This document shows, piece after piece, positions 52,801 through 64,000 of a DNA stretch of 64,000 nucleotides. Every line of letters begins with the position of its first letter. Positions within the stretch are counted from its first letter, which is position 1. The notes under the pieces were generated by a model, which did not search any database, was not told the origin of the DNA, and saw only the letters and a program-made list of their open reading frames with translations. Location: contig MU058287.1 in assembly GCA_013265495.1 (NCBI GenBank), positions 186,001-250,000 of the forward strand. Direction: 5' to 3'. Origin of the DNA: Vicugna vicugna (Eukaryota). Position numbers and translations under genes: made by a program.

Positions 52801-55197
52801 GAGAGGGTGCGTGCATGTCCATGAATCTCTTTATCACTAGCCCTCATTCATTTGGTCCTTCACCCCTTCTTTCCCTCCCCATCGCCTTGTGCCCACACTG
52901 CTGATTTCCTCTGCTTATCCCTAGTCCCTTCTGCTCGCTTTTCCAACCCCCAAAGTTAATTTTGTGACTCTCTTTTGTCTCGTGTCCAGTAACTTGTGGG
53001 GCAGTGGGACCCAAATTGCATTTTAAGATCATTTTTATGAGACGTTCTCAGCAGGCATCTTCAAGGCCGCAAGTTCTTTTTTGTCCCCCACTGTGAAAAA
53101 CTGATTGGCAGCTGGTGACAGGCAGGGCACTGGCGCTTGGCACTCACAGGAAGCACTGCAGGAGGTGCCCAGAGCCACAGCGGAGGAAGCGTGGCCAAGC
53201 CAGCACAAGGTGGGGGACCAGATGTCGCCCGATTATGTTCCATTGAAATCCAAACAAAGCCCCGGATTCAGGATCATTTCCTTGAGACTCCCCAGTTGGA
53301 AACTGGCACCAATCCAGAATCGCACAACAGCTGGTCTCCCCATGCTAGGATTTATGTGCCTCGCAGAAAACTTTACCTGTGTGTTATTGATTGGTTTCTG
53401 TAAAGCAATCAAACAATACCTCGAAGACCCAAAGCATACTTCTCTCTGCTGAAAAGAAAAAGAGCCCGTATATCACTGAACACGCCAGCAGTCTTACTAC
53501 AGGCTGGGGACCGCCGAGCAGGATGCGTTATCCTTGTTATTTATGCCACCCGTGTTAACCTTGAGGCTGCATCCTGACACTTGCAGCTTTGCAATGACAA
53601 GGCTCCATTCCTGGTAGGAGACTAAGCCTACCCTTTGGAAATAGGTTCTGTTATTAAAATAAGCTTTCAGGGGACACCAGCAGATGAGAAATCGTGCTTA
53701 TGTTTCTCATCATCTAGTTGGTGTCGGGAAATCTGAGAATCTTTCCAAAAGCTCATTACTTGTCATCGTCCAGGTCATTTGCATCTATGCCGTCCACTTC
53801 TCTCCTCCCAAGGAAGGTGGTCTGTAAGCCTGGCAGTTTCATTTTCTGAATATCAAGGAGGAAAAACAAACAGAAACCGCCTTCCCCACCCACCATGCCC
53901 CTCCAGAAGATTTTGTAGTTGGTTGTGCTAAGCAGCAGAGGAAGGTTTGAATTTGAAACCAAAACAAGCATTTTTTTAAGAAAAAACTAAAATAAAGAAT
54001 CATGAAAGAACATCGGTTCTTCCAATACTTAGCTACATATGTGTTCCTGACCTAAATCCAGGGCCTCTGTTTTATGCATTGCCTTCGTAACTGGCTGTCC
54101 TGCTGTTTCAATCACCTGATAAGGTCTAGGTGACGCGCTCTCCCTCCATCCCTCTCTCCTTCTCCCTCTGGCTGCCTGGCGGTCCTCAACCCAGATTCTC
54201 AGACCTCCCAGTGAGATTTTGGAGCTAACCCTCTCCATTAGAAACAAACAAAATAAATTGTTTCCATTCCCCAAAGGAATGTGCTAAAGCCTTTTTTCCT
54301 CTTTAACATGGATGCAATTTAAATTTGGCAAGAGCTGGACACAATATACCTCACTTGGAGAAGAAAGCTTGGTGAGAGAGACCCTTCCAGAAAGACCCCT
54401 TCATCCTCCCTGTGAGCTTGAAATGACAGTAGGTAACCAGGCCATGCCTACAGCATCCGCAGGGTTTCTGCAGAATCCTCACCCAGGCCCTCATTCCACA
54501 GAAATGTATTCAGCAGCTACTCTCTGAAAACCCTGTGTGCGTGTTCTTTCCCCACTGTCCCTGCAAGGCTGTGAGGCTGGAGCTTCTTACCGTGTGCATT
54601 TCGTTTGCTTCATCTCTAGCCCTGACGACACCAGGGGCATCTAAATATCATTCAGTGACATCTCTCTTTATTACTCTGATTCAGAATCCCGCTTATCTGT
54701 CATGGTCCACAGGTGATGAATTAAAGGGAAATAAAGATAAGACATGGCCCACTCATGGCAGGTATTAAAGGGAAATCACCTGAGATGATCTGTCGAGAAT
54801 TGATCAAAGACAGTAATATGATCAAGGGCCAACTCAGGCAGAGCCTCAAAGAATATGCACATGACTCTGGAAAGCAGCCCCAGCCCTTGCCAGGGTCCTG
54901 CTTCACTCTCCTTGCTTTCCCTGTTCCTCATCTTCGCTTGTAAAACCTTTCTTTCTCAAGGGTCTAACAGATTCCAACATCTTTGCTCCAACGATGGGTG
55001 CCATCTTATTTCCCATGGACTGAAGCAGGCACCGCGGAGGGTCAGACCAGATCAGTTAAGGCCAGAGGAAAGGGCCTTCTGAGGCCACATTGGAGAAGGA
55101 TTTATTTATCTTTCCTTAACTGTAAGGACACTTGATTTTCTTAACGCACCCTAGCTTTTCCTAGTAATCCTTTATTCATTGATCATACTCACAAATT

Positions 55198-55680
55198 TGA
55201 ATAGAAGAGAACAAATCTGACTCCATATTCAATCTGTTTCTTTTACCTTTGTATTCTCTTGCTTTTGCTACAAGTTAATCACTAAAGCTAGGTTGCCTAT
55301 AAGCTTAAATAATAAATAGTGACCCATCTCTGGAAACCCTGCCTCCCATGTAATGAGTGTTAAGCTAAAATACCTTTGTTTAGTTCATAAGAAATATCCT
55401 GACCAAGCCCACTTGTGAATGACTGTAGGAAAGAAGAAATTAACACATCCTCTCCAGAACTGACCAGAATCAGGAAACATTTGGCTTTACCCCCACACCT
55501 TTTAGTATAAAAGAAGCCTGAATTCTAACTTAAGGGAAGATGGTTCTTTGGGACACTAGTCCACCATCTTCTTGATCTGCTAGCTTTCCGAATAAAGTCC
55601 CTACTCCTTGCCCCAACAACTCACCTCTTGATTTAGTGGCCTGTTGTGTGGCCAGTAGGATGAGCTTGGACCTGGTAACA
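55198..55680 (+). mobile_element. ERV1-class solo LTR (483 bp)
   Basis: TG...CA ends, perfect 4-bp TSD aatt (55194-55197 and 55681-55684), TATAAAA at ~55507, AATAAA at ~55591. Confidence 0.85.
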
Positions 55681-57120
55681 AATTTACCAAAACATTTACT
55701 GAATCCATTTATACTTCCAGTCTGTTCTGCTTTCATAACCCATAAGCTGCCTGCCTATCCTCATGCAGCACAGCACACAGCTTTTTACATCCCTCAGCTC
55801 ACTTTATTCCAAGCCCCAGCATTCCGGGAACTGGCCATTACATCTAGTTCACACAACCCATAATGTCCCTCGTTTTATATCTTTTAAGCAGTCTTTCTCT
55901 CATCCATTCTCCCTTCATCCTCTTCAATTCTTGAAACTGAAAAGATTCTCAAGGCTCCAAGTGAGCTCTGACCTCATCCTGCTTCCTTCTTTAGTGGCTC
56001 CCATGACGCTTGGATTGATGACTATCAAAGCAAGAGGAATATTGGGTCAGGGAGATGTGCTGGCTGGAGCAAGGGGTTGACCTGAAGATGAAAACGTGAT
56101 GAACAGGCCCTGAAGGTCCACCAATGAGAAAGGTTCCTGGAGAAGAGTCATAAATTCCACTCATCACTACATACCCTAGGGATTTTTCTGTTTACCTAAG
56201 AATTTGCAGAATGGGGACCTGACTCCTAGAGGGTCAACAAAATAGGTGTGGGGAAGAGTCCACAAGCTGTGTGTAAGCTTACAAAAATGTATCTCTTGAT
56301 TAGGCTGGAGAGGCTAATGAAAATGTCAGATTGCTTTGATTTGGCTGAACTATGACCACAGTGTAGTTAATACTGTTGATCTCATACTGATCCGAAGCTG
56401 GCCAAAATTTATATCTTTGATTACTTTTATTAAAATGGGGAGGATTAGGACTTGAAATATACTTTTTGGCAAATAAAGTCATTTAAAATATGGGCCTGTA
56501 GGTGCAAATAACAAGACATAAGGCTGTAAGGAAAAATAAAAGCAAAGGTCCTTTGTGTGATCGAGATATGGAACATGGAGCATGTATCTTCCCCCAGGAC
56601 TCCCCCCGCCCCACCGCCGCCGGCCCAGATGTGCTGTCTCACAAGGGAATAAGAGCTTTACGTCATCTGTAAGACTGGCATTGTTTCTCGAGCCTCAGAT
56701 TCACAGTGACCAAAATCAAGTGATCTAGCATGTGCCTTACTCAGCTGAATAAGTTGTTGAATAGCTACAGATTGATGATAAGTTTTAAAGAGCGTTAAGT
56801 GCCAGCTATGCCTCAGTTAATAAGAAACCCAGTTACACGTCAAGGAGGCTCATTAGTCATGCAGGACCATATATAAAATTACAGTCGCTGCCTTTAGATC
56901 CCCCAAATTAGGTGGTAGTGAGGAGTTTTACCATATACTGACCAGTTTCTTATCTCCTAAAGACAGTTGGTCATACGACATCAGTGTATTTATAGTCCCG
57001 CAGTACAACTGTGAGCTGTCAGGCTCCCGTGATTGTGAATGTTCCCTGCATGAGTTTCACACACATAGGTTGGAGTTGGCCACGGGATGATGGTGGCGGG
57101 TGTGCGCTATGATGCCAGGA

Positions 57121-57535
57121 TGTGCTAGGCAGGTCCCCTTTGGGGACTGAAGGACTTGCTCCCCCAGCAGCTGGGGCACTGCTTCCTCAGCTCCTCACTG
57201 AAGTCCTCGCCAGGATGCACTCCCACCTGAACAGAGTGGCCTTGCTAAAGGTCAGGCCCACATCCCATAACCAGTCCCCGCTAGGTCTACAAGACCTGGC
57301 CCACGTACCCCAATTTGGGGCAACCCTGAAGGGCCAGCCTAGATTCAGAGCTCCTGGTGGGGTCACCTAAGGCCTCTGTTGAGACCGCATCACTCCTTCC
57401 TCTGCTCTGTGGCACTTCCTGCTTTTCCCCAGACAGGCACTGATCCTCAGAAACTCCCTTGTAAACCTCTGTGCACTGATGCCCATCTCAGAGTCTGCTC
57501 CACGGGGAACCTGCCTGGCACCCTTCCGGCAGTCT
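57121..57535 (+). mobile_element. LTR16-like ERVL LTR
   Basis: 'ttgctaaaggtcaggcccacatccc', 'ccaatttggggcaaccctgaagggcca', 'ccatctcagagtctgctccacggggaacc'. Confidence 0.7.
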
Positions 57536-57599
57536 GGGTAGCTTGGGTCCAAAAGTGATATACGTTAGGAAGAAAACACTGTCATTTAAAATTCAAGCA

Positions 57600-58270
57600 T
57601 GAGAATGACTGACATAAAAAAGACAGATGATATCAAGAGTTGACACAGATGTGGAACTAGTGAACTCTTATCTGCTGCTGATGGAAATTTCTTTGGCACT
57701 ATCTGTTAAAGATGAACACCCAATTTCATGTCCTGCAATTTGTCTCCTTAGTATAAACCCAAGAAAAATGCAAACATAGTTCACCAAAAGAAGAATGCAC
57801 AAGAATTGTCATGGCAGCGTGTTTCCTAAATGATTCAAACTAGAACGCGTGGCAGCGGCCTTAACAGCAGACTGCATGAGTGGATTGTGTTGCAGACACA
57901 CAGTAGAGTGACAGCAATGAGAATGGAAACCTGCAAGTCCACGCCTCAACAGGGATGAATCCCACAAATGTCATGTTGAGCAAAAACCAGCCAGGCCCTA
58001 AAGAATACACACTGTATCATTGCATTTATGTAAATTTCAAAATCAGACAAGCTCCTCTGTGGTGCTCGAAGTCAGATTAGTGGTCGCCTTGCAGGGGGTT
58101 AGTTGCGACAAGAAGAGGTAGGAGGGGGATATTCTCGGGTACTTGTTGTGCTCTGTTTCTTGATCTGGGTGCTGGTTATGAGAGCAAGTTCCCTTTGTGA
58201 ACATTCATCCTCTGGACACATCACTGGTACACTTCCCTGTATATATGTTATAGTTAAATTGAAAGTTTAC
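57600..58270 (+). mobile_element. Ancient L1M(C/E) 3' fragment
   Basis: 'caacagggatgaatcccacaaatgtcatgttgagcaaaaa', 'gaagtcagattagtggtcgcctt', 'tttcttgatctgggtgctggtta'. Confidence 0.7.
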
Positions 58271-59049
58271 ACAGCGAGAGAGGGAGAAAGGAAGGGCAGA
58301 TATAAACCCTGGATGCAGAAATGTATCATCAGGGATATGGACATAGATTCCCAAGACTTGAACAGGGTCCCTACTGGCAACTGCTGAAGACTCTTACAGA
58401 TGAAGAGGCTGGGGTCCAGAAGGGCTCCTGTGGGCTCAAAGTTATTTAACCAGCTAATGGTGAACGGCTTCCTGGCCCTGCCTTCTCTCTACCCCTCCAC
58501 TGCGAGCAGAGCCTGTGCAGTGACTAGAGTCTAGACTCAGTACCGACCGTATAATCATCAGTGCAGCCCAAGTGAGACACAGAATGTGCAAGGAGATGCC
58601 ACTTGAACATTGAACTTGATGTACTGTCCCCAGGATAACAGAGATGTTACCCATTTCTTAGAGGCCTCCCTCTATCCACTACTTATTGTCTGCCCACCCA
58701 TACGTCTATCACCATCAACAGTGGCTTGTGTAGAAAGTGGGTCCTTTTCTGTTTGCAAAGCCAAATTAAGAGGCTACAGAGAAAAAATTTTGAGGTGTGA
58801 GCTGAACTGCCTCTTTCTCCCTTGACGTTTCCCTATCATCTTTGGGAGAACATTTAAATATTTTGTGCTGTAAAGTCTCCTTCTGACAGTATTACCTTAT
58901 GTCGTGGAATCCTTGTGAAAAAGAGCTACGTTATAGCTGCTTTTATATGTGTTAAATAGCGCCTCTGTAAAAGCTTGAATTTAGTTTCATAGATAATAGA
59001 GATAAATTTCAAGATTAAAACCGGAAGCTTCCCCCTCCCTTTACTACAT

Positions 59050-59297
59050 TGGTGTGAGTGTGCATATGCGTGTGTGTATGCACGGGCATGTGTGCATGGG
59101 TGTGTGCATGTGTTTGCACAGGTATGTGTGGGTGTGTGCATGTGTGAGTGTGTGCATAGATGCGTTGGCATGTGCTGAGGTATATGTACATGGATATGTT
59201 TGCATAGATAGGTGTGTATTTGCACGTGTCTATGCATGGATATGTGTGCTTGGATGTGTGTATGCACGGGTGTGTGTTTCTATGTGTGTGTGCACAT
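59050..59297. repeat. Degenerate (TG/CA)n alternating purine-pyrimidine repeat
   Basis: About 250 bp of tgtgtg/tgcatg/tatg units; accounts for the two overlapping low-complexity ORFs. Confidence 0.9.
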
Positions 59298-62200
59298 GTA
59301 CATTCTCTGTTAGCATGATGCCACTGGCGGGGTGCATGTCACTCTCTGGAGACTCACGGCTCTCTGCTTTCGATTACACGCAGGCTAGTCCAAAACCCCT
59401 CTGAACTAATCCTAATCAACTTGGAAGTCACCAGGCTCAGGCATGAGGCTGTCAAATGTGAGTGTTTGCAGATGTCAGTGAGGATGGCAGGAATCCAGGA
59501 GCACAGATCAAGGCTTAGTCACTGAAAAATGCATGCCAGCGCATCCCAGCTCCAGTGCACCATCGCAGCCGTAAGAGAAAACGTATCCTGACAGTAAATC
59601 AATAACCTCTTGGAGACGATTCTTTTCTGAAATATCCCTGATTAATTATGCCAGAGCACCCCTGGCAACAGTACTTTGCTCCAGCATTAACCTAATGCTT
59701 TTTGCATGAAGCAGGATTATAACTGGTTCTCATAAGTCAAATTTGACATTTCAAATTGGGCCTTTAAAGGTTTGGGTTATAGATTTTATAACAGCTTCAT
59801 GTCAAACATAATTGCTCTTATTGCTGCTAGTAGACGTTTGCCAATCAATCAGAATAACATTTATTTTATCATAAACAAGTCTAAATTAAAACATGTGAAA
59901 TCATTGTATTTGAAGACTCGGTGAAGAAGCTTCTTCACGACCACTGAAATCTGTTTGTGCCCTGTGATGAAGGCGTGTGACGGAATTATACAAGTTGATG
60001 GAAATGTGTTACCATTTTCTCACTTCAAAAAATTAATGACTCTGTATATTTTGTGAATATGCAGCTTTAGTTGGGTGACTTAGTCCCAGATGAATATGAT
60101 TTGGGGCAAAGTAGTTCCCTCCCTTTCTGTAATAGAAAATTATAATTTTTGTCTGTTCAAGACAAATGTATTTTTTTACTTACATATTGCATCCAGGAAT
60201 TTATTTTTTTTAATTCATCTTAAATTGCCAGAAATTTTTAAATAATAAAACGAATGGAAAAATAGGACTTACTTAAGGACGTACTATGGTGGTCCTTGAA
60301 CGAAGGTTTGTTGAGACCCTGTTAAGTTTCCTGCACGGAGCAGGGAACTGAGCATCCAGTGGTCAGTAAAGCTTATTCCTTCTCCCTAAAGAAGTGTTCC
60401 CGACGCAGCAGGTCCCCTTCCTTTGTGTTAGCTATAGCATTATGTGGCATATGAATACTCTTTATGGTCACACCAGCATTGGCCTACAAATATCCACATT
60501 TCTCCTGTTAATAATAACCCATCGACCAGAACTCGTCCCAGCGGCCCCACCTAACTGGGAAGGGGCAGAGATCTGTGAGGGATGATTCTCTGATGAGCAG
60601 AATATGGCTCTGCCTTAAGTGTATACTGAGAAGGAGGTCCCAGACACCGGGGGATTGCAGTCTTAGAGAAGAGCACGAGCAAAGGCGTGGCCTTGTAAGG
60701 CCTTCGGGTGGAACAGTGAAGTTCCAGTGCAGAGCGGTAGGAGATTAGAAAAGCAGGCTGTGTCCTATCGTATGAGTCTCTGAAGGCAATACTGAGAAAT
60801 CTGGACTTTGTTCTGAAAAGAGGGAGAAGGTTTTAGAGAAGGGAATCAAATGATCAGAAGAATACTCTGAACTTGGAGGAGGAAGAAGGACCCGGATGAG
60901 TGGATCCTGTGGAGCTCCAATAATTTTTGAGATGCATGTGATTAACATTGAAATCCTTGTTTCTTATTTTTTAAGTATCTTTTTCGATTTCAGAGCACTC
61001 CTAGCAACAAGTTTCATTTCCCTCTGCTTGCTCCCTAAACTTGACCACGTGTCACGGTCGCTAAGAAGGTTTTATATTGTACTGATCGCAGGGACACTTG
61101 ATGACTCTTCCCTTCCCTGCCTTCTGCCTCTAACCCACCTCCCATCACTCTCCCACTCTCCAACTAACCCCCTAAAATGCTTTCCAAATGCTTTCAAGGA
61201 GAGTTGGCCAAAGAAAAGACAAGAAACCAGCGCAAACAGCATCTCAGAGAGCTCCTGTCTGTGTCAGGGGCCTGGGCTGCTTCTCACTCCCGGCTGCTCT
61301 GCCTACCTGAGGCCCTCAGCACCCAGGGATGTCCCCCCAAACAGGACCAGAAAGTCTGGTCTTCCATTTAAACTTGAATGTAGGGCCACCTGTCCTTCGG
61401 CCCCTGGAATCCTCCCAAGATGAGTGAGTGTGTGGGTGAGAGAAAGCGCAGGCAGAGCCCTAAGAGCCAGAGTTTCCCTTCCCCACACCCATTCTGCCTC
61501 CCACCACCTCCCATCCTCACGTCTTCCCAAGTGCTTCAGAGGCAACACAGCATCGCATTTAAAGGGTAAACCCAGAGGCCAAACTGCCCAGGTCTCAGCC
61601 CACATCCACCACCTTCCGGTTGGTAACCTCCAGCAACCTCCTTAACTTCTCTGTGCCTCAGGTTCTGTAAAATGGAATGGATGCTAACGTTTGCCTCAGG
61701 GTATCACTGTGAGATGCAAATGACCTTCATCCACGTAAATGACTGGCATGCGGTAGATATTAGACAGTATTATTTAGCAGTTTGTCTTAAGTGAGAGATC
61801 TCACAAAATAACTTCAGTCATTTTTTGCATGTACCGTACAAGTCACTTTCACTATAGAATCTCACATAATCCTCGTGCAACCCTAAAGAATTCGGTCTTT
61901 TCTGAGCTGAGAGACTCCATGTTTGTATGAGCCTAATTGAAATGCATTCCCAAGAACAGCAGTTTATTGGGGCAAGGATCTTTATCTACTCTGCTCTGGA
62001 ACATATTTAAATACCTGAAGTCGTGAGTGGCACATGGAAGCAGTACAGGAAGCATTCACTGAATGAATGAAGACACAGGCGAGCTTGGGGGGCAGGGTGT
62101 GTCACTCAGTAAAAACACAGGTTTGGAGTGTGGTCCATCTGAGGTCTAAGGCTCATGGCACTGTTCCCTATACTAGCTCTGTGTGACCTCTGATGAATTA

Positions 62201-62407
62201 GTCCCTCTGTTCCTCCATTGCCTCGTTTATACAATGAAGGTGAAAATACCTATTTCATTTGACTTGCTGTGTGAATTAAATATGATGCCAGTAGAAAATG
62301 TTTAGCATAAAACTGAGCTTATGTATTAGGAGCTGAGTGAATGGTAGCCATTCTTATTCCTGTGTATTCAGCATTTCTGCATATAAATTAATGATGGGGG
62401 AAGCAAC

Positions 62408-62471
62408 ACAAAACACAGGGGGATGATAAAAAAGAAAAAAAAAAACAAAAAAACAAAACACAGGGGGATGA
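62408..62471 (+). repeat. 19-bp direct repeat flanking an A-tract
   Basis: acaaaacacagggggatga at 62408-62426 and 62453-62471, separated by 26 nt that are almost all A. Confidence 0.9.
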
Positions 62472-64000
62472 AAGAAGTCGTACTGCCGTGTTTACCTATC
62501 AAATACATGTATTTGCCAGAAATAAAGACCAGCTTTCTTCTCTATTCTTTCCCCTGTGCTGTTTCAGTATGATGGTGTTTATTAAAGTGAAAGAGAAGAG
62601 TAGAAAGGGGGAAATTGTAGGTGAGGAGGCTGCAGAGAGGAAGGGGAGATGGGAGGCTGAGGAAGACCTGGAAGAAAGTCTTGGAGAGAATCGAGAACAA
62701 GTAGGACAGAGGGAAGGAGGGAGAGAGGAGCTTGTTGGTGATAAATCTCTCCTCTCTCCACTCCATCTCCCCACTGCCTCCCACCAGCTCTTTCTCCTAT
62801 TCACATCCAAATGTGTTTCTCTTACTGCTATATACCTTGGACTTCAAGGAAGGGGTTAAAACCTAAAGAGATACCTCTGCATCTTACAGGACAAAGTGCA
62901 AGCAAAAGTCCTCAATGATTGCTCCTGCCCATCTGCCCTGTCCCGACTCAATCCTTCATGCTCCTTCGTGTCCTGCAGTGTGACAGTCCCCTCGGTGGTC
63001 CGTGCGGTGCCTGTACACACTGCTGCTTCTCCTTCATCTTGTGAATGAACTTCCTCCTTTATCCTTTTTTCTGTTTGTGACGCTCCAGTCGCACATAAAA
63101 ACCCAGTTCAAATATCTCCTGCTGCGTGAAGTTTTCCCTTGAGCCGCCGGAGCAGACCAGGTCCCTCCAGCCACTGCCCCATCACGGGTCTGCACGTCTG
63201 CATGTATCTCATGACACTGTCGTCGTTTGATCGTCTGTGGCAGTTATTAGAGGTGCTATTCTGTGGGAACCACGAATGTTAACTTTAAATGTTCATGGAA
63301 GAAGTGAATATTAGGTCACTTTAAAGTCACTGTTATGTTTAAAGATACAACAGGAGTTATTTCTGGAATCACTTTGGCAAAAAGAATTCCTTTTGGTGGC
63401 CCACAGCCTGCTGGGCTGAAAAGAAGGCTCCACCCTAATGATGCCGCAGACCCTTGGCACCTAGTGGATGCCTTCATTAGGTAGATCCAGCAAGAGATAT
63501 TAACTTCCCTCAAGTCATATTAATAATGCTTTTTAAATGCAAAAATAATAGCCCAGTAAAATGGTGCCACTGTCCTAGGGTAATTGTTTCTATGACGCAT
63601 CATTTGCTCTTAATTGCAAAGATGTGCATGTCTTGGTTTAATGTGTAGCACTCTTTTGTTTATTTGGCCTAATTATGAAAACCATATCCTAAGAGCTGTT
63701 GGGGCTAATGTTAGAACTGGCTGAGTCCCAAATTTAGGACTGAGTCCATGAAGTGTTTTGGAAGTGCCTGGAACGTACTGGCACTTAATAAATATTTGTT
63801 CCATCTGAGTCTAAGTTTCTGACCCTAGGTCACATTTCTAACCTCATTCTAAGATGCATGTGTAAGCACATCTTGGACTGATTGGGCAGACAGCAAGAAC
63901 AGGTATCCAAGACCACACAGAAAAGGCAGAATTTAAAAGGCTCTGGTAGTTTTGGGGGGAGATTCTATGTCCTATTGTACTGGCATCACCACACCAAAAC

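Noticed and set aside
53756..53835. Peptide ending DANDLDDDK, resembling a FLAG/enterokinase tag or an exon
   Set aside because: Only a partial match, with no vector context and weak splice signals; most likely chance.
58926..59404. His/Thr-rich and Cys/Val-rich ORFs
   Set aside because: Translations of the TG/CA repeat.
60896..61423. 175-aa ORF
   Set aside because: No recognisable homology or supporting exon structure; the length is compatible with chance in 64 kb.

Overview
This is eukaryotic (placental mammal) intronic or intergenic DNA, not a prokaryotic locus. Ancient MIR, L2, MLT and MER repeats combined with tRNA-Ala-derived SINEs suggest an artiodactyl, most likely a camelid; that assignment is inference from recalled consensus sequences. 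Only two ORFs are recognisable. One is a frameshifted RPS6 processed pseudogene (- strand, ~19671-20510, with poly(A) and a target-site duplication, TSD). The other is a 5'-truncated LINE-1 (- strand, ~40223-42578) with an uninterrupted 672-codon ORF2 fragment, nested inside an internally deleted Tigger1. The other ORFs look like chance or antisense frames. I found no host protein-coding exon I can name, no CRISPR array, and no evidence for a new multi-gene system. The most interesting signals are unusual retrotransposition products: an oppositely oriented L1+SINE pair inside one 18-bp TSD, a probable L1 3' transduction, a SINE dimer inside one TSD, and a poly(A)-only insertion. There are also some low-confidence candidate enhancers and exons. 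Repeat family names come from memory and their boundaries are approximate.
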